NCBI GenBank assembly: GCA_008369845.1
Contig: MRSU01001383.1
Coordinates: 1-53,017 of the forward strand
Origin: Trichomonas gallinae
Taxonomy: Eukaryota
Direction of reading: 5' to 3'
DNA length: 53,017 nucleotides
The translations under genes were made by a program, and so were the position numbers. The notes under the pieces were generated by a model. That model had not been told where the DNA came from and did not search any database. It was given only the letters and a program-made list of their open reading frames with translations. Shown here piece by piece: positions 18,388 through 28,358 of the stretch (the stretch's first letter is position 1; every line of letters starts with the position of its first letter).

Positions 18388-20271
18388 ATGTCGCGCTCCG
18401 AATACAGCGAACTTCCTGCAATTGGAGCAGCCATCGACACCGGGAGTAAGAGCTTTGACCGTATTTATGGTATGCTTTTAGGCATTCGCGTTCATGTAAG
18501 TCGAATTTCGAATCAAAAACTCGAAGAAGTCACAGAATCAGCATTTCACGAATACACAAAGATCGATATTCCACGTGAAGGCAATAATATCGCACCAGCT
18601 CATCGCGGTAACTACGATTACAAGTTCAAAGCTTATCAACCTAAAGTTTTTCGCAAGTTGCGTCAATTCTTCGGCATATCCGACATAGAATATCTTGTCT
18701 CCTTGACGTCTGATTATATGATGTCAGAGCTGAAAACCATTGGAAGGTCTTCAGCGATGTTTTACTATACATGGGATGGCAGATATGTCATCAAAACGCA
18801 GACGAAAGACGAGATGAAGGTTCTTCAAAAGATTCTACCTCAATACTACCACCACGTCACTAACCATCCTGATACTTTAGTAAATCATTTCTACGGAGCT
18901 TACAGATCGCAAACATCAATCGGCAGAAAGATTCACTTCGTTGTCATGAACAACATTTTCCCTATCGGATACCAAATTCACTACAAATTCGATCTGAAGG
19001 GATCGGTGATTAATCGTTCGGTTGACGCTGTAAAGCGTGCACATCCAGGATCAACATGGAAGGAAGCTGAATTCGCAGAGAAAAGGTATATGCATGTTGG
19101 CCCGCATGATTGGGTATTACTTAAAGCGACATTACTCGATGATACTCAGTTCCTTGCATCAGCTGGTGTCATGGATTATTCATTGCTTGTCGGTATCCAC
19201 CGCTTTGACTCCGATCACATTCTTCATCCTGCACCAGGCGAAAGAATCGAATTGTGGACTGTATTCATCCCAGACAAGTCATCATACTTCCAATATGATG
19301 GAAACTCTTTCATTATTCGTAAGCGTGAAGAAGAAAATGGCCGCCGCACAAAACGTCATGATATTGAGCCACAAGCCATTTCAAAGCTCTCAGTCGAAGA
19401 CAGAATCATCCCACAGGCCGCCTGCCTCCCATATCAGGGCGATGATTCCAACAGATTGCTGAACTTCTGCGGTGGATTAAGGGCAACAAACGAAAACGAT
19501 GAACCATTGTCAGAAATCTACTTCTTAGGCATCATTGACTTCCTGCAAGACTATAATGCAAGAAAAGTCACAGAACACGCACTCAAGTCGATTATCTACA
19601 AATCGAATGAGATGTCGTGCGTCGATCCTCAGAAATATGCCTCTCGTATGTTCGACTGGCTCTGCAAGAACATATCCCCACCAGCGCCAATACAGCCTGA
19701 CCAGGAATCTGATTTCCTCCGCCGCCGTCAGAATCTCATGAGGATGGCGACAGTCACAACGCAGCCGGTGATGTTCCGCGGCTCAATTGCCATTCCTCTC
19801 AACCAGATGAGCAACACTTCATCGACGCAGTTAAAACCAAAAGAAGAAGACAAGCCGAAGCAGGAGCCAAAGAAACACCACCATCACCATCACAAAGAAG
19901 AGAAGAAGAAGGCACCAGCGCACAATAGGACGAAGGAAGAGCGCTCTGCGACACTCACGCCACAGCACGCGCCAAACATCGTCGACATTCTCGCAGCAGA
20001 AGATGAGGCTAAAGAGAGAGAAGAGAAGCGCAAACGCAAGGAAGAGAGGCGCAGGCGCCGCGCAGAAAAGGAGAGGAAGCGTGCAGAAAAGGAGAAGAAA
20101 AAGGCAGCTAAGAATGCAGTTAAACATGCAGAGCCTCCAAAACAAGAAGATAAACCAGCTGAACCACCAAAATCTGAAGATAAACCAAAGACTGAAGAAC
20201 AGCCAAAACAGGAAGAGAAGCCTAATCAAAAGGATAAACCAAAGAATGAAGAGAAACCAGCTCAGAATTAG
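18388..20271 (+). CDS. Phosphatidylinositol-4-phosphate 5-kinase family protein
   Basis: PIPK motifs: FKAYQPKVFRKLR, GRSSAMFYYTWDGRYVIKT, FVVMNN, KFDLKGS, MDYSLLVGIH, LGIIDFLQDY, SCVDPQKYASR. Charged low-complexity C-tail. Confidence 0.97.
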   Translation: MSRSEYSELPAIGAAIDTGSKSFDRIYGMLLGIRVHVSRISNQKLEEVTESAFHEYTKIDIPREGNNIAPAHRGNYDYKFKAYQPKVFRKLRQFFGISDIEYLVSLTSDYMMSELKTIGRSSAMFYYTWDGRYVIKTQTKDEMKVLQKILPQYYHHVTNHPDTLVNHFYGAYRSQTSIGRKIHFVVMNNIFPIGYQIHYKFDLKGSVINRSVDAVKRAHPGSTWKEAEFAEKRYMHVGPHDWVLLKATLLDDTQFLASAGVMDYSLLVGIHRFDSDHILHPAPGERIELWTVFIPDKSSYFQYDGNSFIIRKREEENGRRTKRHDIEPQAISKLSVEDRIIPQAACLPYQGDDSNRLLNFCGGLRATNENDEPLSEIYFLGIIDFLQDYNARKVTEHALKSIIYKSNEMSCVDPQKYASRMFDWLCKNISPPAPIQPDQESDFLRRRQNLMRMATVTTQPVMFRGSIAIPLNQMSNTSSTQLKPKEEDKPKQEPKKHHHHHHKEEKKKAPAHNRTKEERSATLTPQHAPNIVDILAAEDEAKEREEKRKRKEERRRRRAEKERKRAEKEKKKAAKNAVKHAEPPKQEDKPAEPPKSEDKPKTEEQPKQEEKPNQKDKPKNEEKPAQN

Positions 20272-20424
20272 TATGTGAATGGATAATATTCTTATTTGAT
20301 TTTTCTAAATTTATATTATATTATTATTGAATTAAATAATTTTATGTTTAATAAATTCATTCCAAATTCTTTGTCACAATGAATGATAAACGAATTTATG
20401 AACTAAGACATCAGCAAAATGCTC

Positions 20425-20432
20425 GTCACTTT
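20425..20432 (+). promoter_or_regulatory. Initiator (Inr) element GTCACTTT
   Basis: TCACT lies about 10 nt upstream of ATG 20437 and matches the trichomonad Inr TCA(+1)Y(T/A). A similar element precedes ATG 31423. Confidence 0.7.
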
Positions 20433-20436
20433 TTAG

Positions 20437-21516
20437 ATGAAAAAAATCGATACATTCGATCAAGACGGCCGTATATACTTCAGAAAGACATTCGAGGGAA
20501 CTAACTATTCAAAAAAGAGCTTGAACTATAAAGAATCATTCGAGTACGAGAAAAATATTTATTCAATCAAGCATCAGTTAATTCCAAAATTGATCGAGGT
20601 TCAAGAATACAGTTTTATACTAGATTACATTCCTGGTTGTAGTTTAACCGATTTTGTCTACAAACAAATGGAAAAAATAATTCCTGAATTGAATCTTGGT
20701 CAAAAATTGGCTATTGCATATCTAATATGCGAGCAGCTAGCTGTAATTCATGAAAATAAATATATCCATCGAAATATTTCTCCATCAAATATTTTGATTG
20801 ATCCATTCTTTCTTCCACACATCTTTGATTTCACTGACTGCACATTTCTCAAAAATGAAGGAAGCGTGGCATCATCAAGCGGTCATGGAAAAGGAGAATA
20901 TCGTTCATTTGAAGTTATCAATGGAAACCTCTACTCTGAAGCTAGCGATATCTATGCATTATCATACACATTACATTTCTTATTCACATCATTAGAGCCA
21001 TACGCTGACACTCTGCCTGATGGCGAATTATTTCGATATAAATGTACTATTGGAAGAATGAAAGAAATATTCGACGGAGGATTGGATATATCTGAATTTA
21101 TAGAGGATAGAAATGCGTTAACTGATGAAAATTTATATAATCAAATAAAGGACTATAATACTGAAGAACAAATTTATCAAAATCAAGACATAATTACTAA
21201 AGCATTAGACGATGCACTCCTTAGAGCCGAAAAGATGACAGAAGAAGATAATTGGGAAAAATATGGCACTCCTGACAAAAACCTTTATATAGCCGAGCAT
21301 CCATTAGTCGACCTATTGATACAAGGTGCCAGCATAGATCCTATAAAGAGACCAACAATGAAAACATTTTTAGCCACAATCAAAGAAGAAGTGGAAAAAT
21401 TAAAACCAGAAGAGCGCAAAACATTCGATGATCTTATCCATACAAAAGTCCCAGATTATTTTGGCACAAAAGATTTACGTCAAACTGCAATTGACAAGAA
21501 ATTGCTTAAAAAATAA
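20437..21516 (+). CDS. Protein kinase-like protein, probable pseudokinase (TKL-like fold)
   Basis: ILDYIPGCSL, IHRNISPSNILID, IFDFT, YRSFEV, SDIYALS and DPIKRPTM. HRD is replaced by HRN and DFG by DFT, and no Gly-rich loop is visible. Confidence 0.9.
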   Translation: MKKIDTFDQDGRIYFRKTFEGTNYSKKSLNYKESFEYEKNIYSIKHQLIPKLIEVQEYSFILDYIPGCSLTDFVYKQMEKIIPELNLGQKLAIAYLICEQLAVIHENKYIHRNISPSNILIDPFFLPHIFDFTDCTFLKNEGSVASSSGHGKGEYRSFEVINGNLYSEASDIYALSYTLHFLFTSLEPYADTLPDGELFRYKCTIGRMKEIFDGGLDISEFIEDRNALTDENLYNQIKDYNTEEQIYQNQDIITKALDDALLRAEKMTEEDNWEKYGTPDKNLYIAEHPLVDLLIQGASIDPIKRPTMKTFLATIKEEVEKLKPEERKTFDDLIHTKVPDYFGTKDLRQTAIDKKLLKK

Positions 21517-21573
21517 TTCCGTTATGCATAGTTTATTATAACATTTATATTATTATCATACAACATATTAATA

Positions 21574-22590
21574 TCATGAGAAATGATTCCTTAAGAAGCT
21601 CATTGTAAGACTTTCGTTGTTATGCGTTTCTCTATATGCGTTAACAACTACAGGAAGTGGTGCACCAGTCTGTATTAGCCTCATTATCACTGGAACTTCT
21701 TCTTGCGTTAGATCTAAAGCTCTAACAAGTGGATCTGGTATTACTTCAGTGAAAGGCATCGTCTGTATACCGCTAATTGGCGACATTTGCACGGATATTC
21801 CCAGCATTGTAACCATTGGCGTTGGATTTTGTTGAATTGCATCCATTAATTCTAATGATTGTTCTTGAATGATTTTGTTGAGTCTTTCCATTGTATGCTC
21901 GCTGTTTCTAATGAACTCTGAGTATACATTAATAACAGAAGGTGGATGTTTGCGAGTCTCTGCAATTTTAAATCCAGGTAAATGCGTAACTTTATTTTCT
22001 TGTGTGTGATATGTAGGTGGCGAAAGCCTGATCTTCTTAGCATTTCTACGGCGCTCACGCCGGATTCTTTGCTCTTCATCACGCCGTTCATGATTGATTT
22101 GTGGATAACTTCGTCTATTTAAAATGAGATTTAGTGCCAAATTCTGATTTCCATCGGAAATTCGTAGAGCTCGTTCGCACGCATCGGCTGGAAAGCCCAT
22201 TGCTATTAAATTAGAAAGAATAGATTGGAAATTTGCTTCTTTTTCTTTTTTATCATGTTCTTCTTTGGCTTTATCTGCATCAATTTCCTTTTGATCAGCT
22301 TCTTCGGATTTTTCGGATGTTTGTTCTGGTTTTTGTTCGACTTGAGTCGATTTTGTAGATGAAACAATAGCAGAAACATATAGTATGATGAACTTGCCTT
22401 CTACGTAGTTAAGTTCTGATAATTTTTGAGTCCTATCGGTAAATTTTTTAGTTGCGTATATTAAAAAAACGCCTTCTGTTGATTTTCCCAGCATTTTGCA
22501 AGATTCATCGATAAGATCACCAACTGTGTTCGTATCATTAAGCTCTACTTCAATACTATCATTGGAAACTGTTCTAATTTTGTATTTCAT
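21574..22590 (-). CDS. UBL-UBA protein (Rad23-like architecture)
   Basis: N-terminal ubiquitin-like domain from MKYKIRT (likely ATG 22590; VFLIYATKKFTD), UBA LIAMGFPADACERALRISDGN, an STI1/XPC-binding-like segment and a C-terminal UBA-like LTQEEVPVIMRLIQTG...NNESL. Confidence 0.85.
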   Translation of the reverse strand: MKYKIRTVSNDSIEVELNDTNTVGDLIDESCKMLGKSTEGVFLIYATKKFTDRTQKLSELNYVEGKFIILYVSAIVSSTKSTQVEQKPEQTSEKSEEADQKEIDADKAKEEHDKKEKEANFQSILSNLIAMGFPADACERALRISDGNQNLALNLILNRRSYPQINHERRDEEQRIRRERRRNAKKIRLSPPTYHTQENKVTHLPGFKIAETRKHPPSVINVYSEFIRNSEHTMERLNKIIQEQSLELMDAIQQNPTPMVTMLGISVQMSPISGIQTMPFTEVIPDPLVRALDLTQEEVPVIMRLIQTGAPLPVVVNAYRETHNNESLTMSFLRNHFS

Positions 22591-22798
22591 CCTTTTTGCC
22601 AAATTGTAATAAATTTTTGTCATGTAAATAATTATTTTCTGAAATCTGCTATGTAAGCTACAAATCTATCATTTAAATAATATGACAATTTACAAAACCT
22701 CGTGGAAACAAGAATTATAATGATAACCATAACGTTCCTAAATATTCTGATTTTATGAGATTTATGCTGAAAACGGAAATTTTTATATTATTGAAACA

Positions 22799-23002
22799 TT
22801 GATTTATGCTTCAAAAGAAGGATATCATGAAGTTGTCAAATTCCTTTTGACAGTTCCTGAAATTGATGTCAATACAAAAAGCAAAAACAATTGGACAGTT
22901 TTGATTTTAGCTTCATTATTTGGTAAAGAAGGATATCATGAAGTTGTCAAGTTCCTTCTCACAGTTCCTGGAATAGATCTCAGCGGTCTCAATGATTCCT
23001 AA
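22799..23002 (+). pseudogene. Orphan ankyrin-repeat fragment with no ATG
   Basis: LIYASKEGYHEVVKFLLTVPEIDVNTKSKNNWTVLILASLFGKEGYHEVVKFLLTVPGID is about 2 ankyrin repeats. It begins at TTG and the upstream sequence is non-coding AT-rich. Confidence 0.75.
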
Positions 23003-23136
23003 ATTTAGTGATTAAACAATATATCATTGATTATTTTATTGTCGATATTAATTTATAAATTGCTTTATATACACATAAATCATGCATTTCGATCATATCA
23101 ACAAAAACAAATATTTACTAAATATACAAAATCAAT

Positions 23137-25017
23137 TTAGGTATCTATAAGTCTGTAAATATATATAGTGCCAGTTTCCAAAACTAGCATCCAATTTGAG
23201 TTTATGTCTGGCTCTTTCCAGTCGAACAGCCTTTTTTCATCAGCGCGAGATGCCAATACATAATTAATGCCATGTTCCTTGAAAGCGGTGTAGTTATACT
23301 GATCCAGAGTCAATCTCTGCTGTAACTTAATACGTTCCATGGGATCTAAGCCATGCGTCCATACCCATCCTAGGTATCCAAGCATCAAGCCTCTTCCTGA
23401 GATGCTCGAAATCGGATTCGACATCCACGGACACATCATGAAGGTGCTTAGTGGATGAGTGTGCTCGGCAACCCAGAATCCAACTTCCCTGGACTCTATA
23501 TTAAAAACAGGGAATTTGAACTTCATGAATTTGTAGATATGATAGAAAGATGAAAACAAGAAACACATAGAAACAACAACCAGAGCAAATAAAAACACAT
23601 AATGCTTCTTTTTGAATGAAATTTCTGTCATCGTAATAATATAATTCGCAACAGCTGCACAAGCATAAGGAAGCCATGCCGGGAAGATTATTTTAGTGTT
23701 GTCCATTGCTGTTGGCTGGAATCTAATAACACTGCATATCAAAAATATGAGCAAAGAAGGGAAATATTTCATTTTCTGCTTTGTGTTCATTGTTGGCCAG
23801 ATTAAGAACAGAGAAATCACAGCGAACGTAGACATGGAGTACCAGGCTGTATGCCATGGCGTTTTGTAAGATTTTGGTTCTGATTCATTCCAAACTGGGT
23901 TAAAACTCATTAATTGTCGTTTTGTTCCCCGTGCCAAATGAAGTATTTGTGGTATAGATAATGTCAGTGAAACTGAACCAAAAACGGCCCATTTTTTGAT
24001 AATTTCGAAATATAAGTCTATTCTTTTCCATGGGAAGCTGATTATGCATATAATAATGGCATACAAGCCAACAGCAATGTAAGAATGTGCTGAAATCAAA
24101 GGCAACAGGCCCATTATGAATCCCGCAGTGATTAATAATTTAATATCAGTAAAAAATCCATCTGCGAAGAGATAAACCATCTCAATTATATAGATATCCA
24201 ACGATTGCGAAAAATGTGAGCTTCTTTGCGGAAGAAGAAACTGCATTAAAGGATTAAGCCAAAAAACTTTAATTGTTCTGCACAAATAGTGGTTTGCGCT
24301 GAAGTGCTCGTAATTGTGGCAGGCAGGATTGAACATCCATTTCCATCCTGTTCCTCCAACAAAGAAGAAAAATATCAAAGTTAATTCGCTTACGAATTTT
24401 TTCTTCGAAAAATTCTTTCCTATTCTATGCAAAGCTATCAATAATGACAGCAATGTAAACACTGAAGGCATTGCAATAGATATGCGCTGTGAAGCTCCCG
24501 CTGTTACGAATATCGAACTCCAAAAATCCGGAATGAATGGATATATGAGATCTTCGCCTGCATAGAAGAAAGTGGATAATTTATTTGAGTTCTTATTCAT
24601 ACCAAACGCAAATGAGTTGATAATAGACATGTGAAATGGTAAATCTGAAAAAACTTGACCCCTCGAATATATTCCGTCGTATAATATCGAGTGGTAGTAA
24701 AGATATATAAATAATAAAGCTAAAGAAAGCAAAATTATTATCAAATATATTGAAAATTTTCGGATTTTAATATCTTGAACACTGAAAACACTCATTAAAA
24801 TGCAAAATGAGTATGACAAACATATAACTACTACAATAGAAGTTTGGTTGACTTCAGAAATATATCGTATTAGCCAGAAAAAATAAGATAAAATTGTTGC
24901 ACCAACTGGAATTCCAATTGCAATCTGATCAATGACGTCAAAATGCTTTGGAAATATTGGACTGAGAACAAAATAACCAAAAGTTATCGAGCAGTGCATC
25001 AATATAATCCATAACAT
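23137..25017 (-). CDS. Multipass membrane protein, GT-C-fold glycosyltransferase-like (bacterial-type family)
   Basis: More than 10 TM segments. Motifs FSDLPFH, YAGEDLIYPFIPD, LLPQRS, LLPLISAHSY, FQPTAMDNTK and GRGLMLGYLGWVWTHG. Likely ATG at 25017 (the track start is TTG). Confidence 0.85.
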   Translation of the reverse strand: MLWIILMHCSITFGYFVLSPIFPKHFDVIDQIAIGIPVGATILSYFFWLIRYISEVNQTSIVVVICLSYSFCILMSVFSVQDIKIRKFSIYLIIILLSLALLFIYLYYHSILYDGIYSRGQVFSDLPFHMSIINSFAFGMNKNSNKLSTFFYAGEDLIYPFIPDFWSSIFVTAGASQRISIAMPSVFTLLSLLIALHRIGKNFSKKKFVSELTLIFFFFVGGTGWKWMFNPACHNYEHFSANHYLCRTIKVFWLNPLMQFLLPQRSSHFSQSLDIYIIEMVYLFADGFFTDIKLLITAGFIMGLLPLISAHSYIAVGLYAIIICIISFPWKRIDLYFEIIKKWAVFGSVSLTLSIPQILHLARGTKRQLMSFNPVWNESEPKSYKTPWHTAWYSMSTFAVISLFLIWPTMNTKQKMKYFPSLLIFLICSVIRFQPTAMDNTKIIFPAWLPYACAAVANYIITMTEISFKKKHYVFLFALVVVSMCFLFSSFYHIYKFMKFKFPVFNIESREVGFWVAEHTHPLSTFMMCPWMSNPISSISGRGLMLGYLGWVWTHGLDPMERIKLQQRLTLDQYNYTAFKEHGINYVLASRADEKRLFDWKEPDINSNWMLVLETGTIYIYRLIDT

Positions 25018-25186
25018 ATCATCACCAATATTTTTTGACAATTTACAACGCAAAATTTAAATTTACACGACAAATAAATATGATAAAAAAAAAATTCATT
25101 TTAGAAGCAAAAATTAATGATAATTTCAACTTGTATTGTGTTCTGTACCGAAATTTGGAACGAAAAGTGACATGTTTACATATCAG

Positions 25187-25278
25187 ATTTGAGTTATAGT
25201 CAGGTTCTTTCCAGTCGAACTGCCTTTTTTCATCAGCGCGAGATGCCAATACATAATTAATGCCGTGTTCCCTGAAAG
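25187..25278 (-). pseudogene. About 92-bp relic copy of the 3' end of the adjacent GT-C-like gene
   Basis: Near-identical to 23194-23285. It encodes FREHGINYVLASRADEKRQFDWKEPDYNSN versus FKEHGINYVLASRADEKRLFDWKEPDINSN in the gene. Confidence 0.9.
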
Positions 25279-25377
25279 AAGCTAAAGTTTATTTGCCACT
25301 TAATTTTCATATAAACATGCCAGTCTAATATGTCATGTAAACTATATTTTTGTCATGTAAAATCGAAAAGTGCAAAA

Positions 25378-26883
25378 ATGCTCCAGTATTCTGATATTTA
25401 TCACCAACCTACTTTAGAATCAATTTCCAATGAACCAATTCCTTACGACTTTGTAGTATGCATAGATGACTCGAAATACATGTGTCATAAGAAACAATTA
25501 TTTCCTTTTACCAATAAAATTACTCCAGATATGAATTCATTTACAATTGAAAAAATTAAAGATCCGAATCATGATTTTCAACTAATACTCGATCTATTAA
25601 ACGGAAAATCAGTAGAAATTACTAAAATAAATTCGTATTTTATTAATGCATGTGGCCAAGAATTAGGAATGCAAGCTTTAATTGATGCCACAGATCCATA
25701 TTGTCGTGCACCTGTTACAACTATTAATGTTCTCGATATTATTCGCACATTGGCTGAACATAATCTAAATTATTTAGATGAAGCAGACTTTATTGCAGAG
25801 AACTTCATGACATTGAAAGATAAGCGCGAGCTGAAAACCCTTCCAATCGAAGTCTTACATGCAATTCTCGAATCAAATAAATTTTCATATCAAAATGAAG
25901 AAGAATTCTTTCACTGGATCAATTCTGTTGTCTCTACATCAGGTAGTTCTTACAATGTTCTATTTGGATACTGCTATTTTGAAAAATTATCTAAAAAAAC
26001 AATGAAAGAATTTGTAGACGTCGTTTCCTATGATTCTATCCATGCATTTATATGGAATAGCCTCAAATCCAGATTAGTTCAAAATATTATTTCTGCAGAA
26101 GAAGAGGAAGAAGAAAAACCGCAAATTCCTCAATTTAATCCAACTTTCTCTCCAAATCCACAAGCATTACCTCCAAAACCACCCATTGTGCCGTTCATGC
26201 CTCAGCAATCCAATCAGCAGCAATTTGCACCGGCATCTTTTCAAGGAATCGAACAAATCCAGAAGCAGCAGCAACAATCAAGCAACACAACCTCACAGCC
26301 ATACGCAGAACAAGAAGAAGATGAGGAAGAAGACGTAATTTGCCTGGAATACGATGACAAATATCTACTTGACGGCGTGATAAACTACATCAAACACGAA
26401 GCAGGTCTCAGCTGGCAGGACGAGATCATCATAGAAGGAGGTGGCACGAAGAACTACCAAATAGCGCGCGTCGTCGACTACGAACACTTAGACACGTGGT
26501 GGGATAATTATGATTCTAACAAGATGAAGTGTCTGAAAGAAAACGCGTGGATACAATTCGAGTTCGTCAACTATTTACTTGAGCTGCAGCACTACACGTT
26601 GGTGTCCACAGCGAACAGACCGAGGCAGCACCAGCCGAAGAGCTGGATAATCGAGGGAAGCAACGACGGATCTTCTTGGGAGGTTGTAGAGACAGTGAAC
26701 AACTGCGACGAGATGAACGTGAAGAACGCGATGAAGACTTTCAAGCTCGCCAAACCATCCAGGCCTTTGAGGTTCTTCAAGTTCACTCTGAAGGCAAACC
26801 ACGCAAGACCAGATGGGCCTAATATTTACGAGTTGTCTCTAGGAGCTATTGAGTTCTACGGCAGACTCTTCCCAGACTATTGA
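25378..26883 (+). CDS. BTB/BACK-like plus F5/8 type C (discoidin-like) domain protein
   Basis: N-terminal BTB-like DFVVCIDDSKYMCHK, BACK-like LPIEVLHAILES...EEEFF, a P/Q-rich linker, and C-terminal DGVINYI, WIQFEF, HYTL, PKSWIIEGSNDGSSW, LRFFKF, IEFYG. Likely ATG at 25378. Confidence 0.92.
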   Translation: MLQYSDIYHQPTLESISNEPIPYDFVVCIDDSKYMCHKKQLFPFTNKITPDMNSFTIEKIKDPNHDFQLILDLLNGKSVEITKINSYFINACGQELGMQALIDATDPYCRAPVTTINVLDIIRTLAEHNLNYLDEADFIAENFMTLKDKRELKTLPIEVLHAILESNKFSYQNEEEFFHWINSVVSTSGSSYNVLFGYCYFEKLSKKTMKEFVDVVSYDSIHAFIWNSLKSRLVQNIISAEEEEEEKPQIPQFNPTFSPNPQALPPKPPIVPFMPQQSNQQQFAPASFQGIEQIQKQQQQSSNTTSQPYAEQEEDEEEDVICLEYDDKYLLDGVINYIKHEAGLSWQDEIIIEGGGTKNYQIARVVDYEHLDTWWDNYDSNKMKCLKENAWIQFEFVNYLLELQHYTLVSTANRPRQHQPKSWIIEGSNDGSSWEVVETVNNCDEMNVKNAMKTFKLAKPSRPLRFFKFTLKANHARPDGPNIYELSLGAIEFYGRLFPDY

Positions 26884-27393
26884 TATATTATTTCATAGAT
26901 TGTTATTATTAAATATTCTATATATCTCTAATATCTTTTACTTTCCATATGAGATAATAGAATAAATAGGAATAACAGTCCAGATTATTTGCAGAAATAT
27001 TGCAAATTATAAATCATAACGAATAGGAATCCTTAAAGAGTTTATTCAAAGTTCTCGCGAAAAATATTATTTAATTTCAAGTGGACAGGCTTGTGTAAAG
27101 ATTTCAATACAATGATAAAATTTGTTTTTTTTTTACAGAAGTAATAAAAGATGTGTTTCAACGAATTTTTTTGAAGAATATGCAAATATAAGATAAAATT
27201 ATAAGTCAATTTTCGTGAGTGAATTACAATTTCTAAATCAACAAAATCATCACTAAAAAACAGATTTGTACAAATTCCAATTCATTCCATAAGATTTTGA
27301 TGGCAAAAACAGTATTGGTTATTATGTTTTTAGGTGTTTTTCTCCTTCTGTAGTTGAGAAAGAAGAAAAAGTAGACGTTTAAAATATTAGAAA

Positions 27394-27759
27394 ATGAGCA
27401 AATCAACAGAAATCGAGCTATCTTTAGATGAGGAGTCAGGTGGGACTGATATAAATGCTATGATAGAACAGTCTATTAGAGATTTTAACGAACAATATCG
27501 ATTAAAAACGCCAACAGAAAAACGAAGAGAAGAATTTAAACAAACATCATCTGCTGACAAAAAGAAATATGATGCTATGCTAGCAAAAATAGCAAAACAT
27601 CAAGAAGAACTTTCAAAACTTCAGGATGAAAATGCAATATTAAAAGCCGAAGTAGAACGTTGCGAAGCAAAGATTAAAGCATATCCACAAGCTAAAAAGA
27701 GATACGACCAATTAACAGAAAGTATTCAAAGAGCTCATCAACTCACATCAAAACAATAA
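27394..27759 (+). CDS. Small coiled-coil hypothetical protein
   Basis: 121-aa ATG-started ORF with a heptad pattern (LAKIAKHQEELSKLQDENAILKAEV). Confidence 0.8.
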   Translation: MSKSTEIELSLDEESGGTDINAMIEQSIRDFNEQYRLKTPTEKRREEFKQTSSADKKKYDAMLAKIAKHQEELSKLQDENAILKAEVERCEAKIKAYPQAKKRYDQLTESIQRAHQLTSKQ

Positions 27760-27869
27760 TTTTACTTCAATCTTTATTATTCTAAACACTTGTTTGTATT
27801 TACTAACTTTACACACCAAACATTTGACTCAATATATCTTATATAATAATTCATTGATTATATATTGTC

Positions 27870-28163
27870 TAACAAGCTCAATAATTGACACATAACTATA
27901 AATATCGTTGACTAAAATTCATCAAAGCCAATAATATCTAAAATGCAATGAGATTTTAATTTTGCCAATGTAAAAAATAATTGATTTATTTAGCAAAATT
28001 TTCTAATTACATGTCATATTTCACATAACTTGATCTATTGGTTAACAAGCTCAATAATTGATGATATAAAACTCGGGATACCCTATCTTCTTTTGCAGCA
28101 TCCTTGACCACTATTAACGGCTTCAATAATGTTTCAAATGTGATGAGATTTTAATTTTGCCAA
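27870..28163. repeat. Bipartite intergenic direct duplication
   Basis: TAACAAGCTCAATAATTGA at 27870 and 28043, and ATGAGATTTTAATTTTGCCAA at 27948 and 28143. Both pairs are exact. Confidence 0.85.
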
Positions 28164-28358
28164 AGTCAAAAATATTTGTCAAAATTTTGATTTAATAGAC
28201 AAAATTTTATGTTTATATGTCATATTTTAGTTGATTCTAATATATGCTTTTTGATATGTTATTTGGAAGATATTAAAAAAGTTATCAAAAAGATATCAAA
28301 AATTTTGAATACAGTGTCACTTTTGAAATTTTTGACACTTTTCACAAAATTTTTTCAG

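Noticed and set aside
25043..25249. 68-aa ORF as an independent gene
   Set aside because: It starts at TTG, and only its first 21 or so codons derive from the duplicated fragment. The rest is promoter-like AT-rich DNA.
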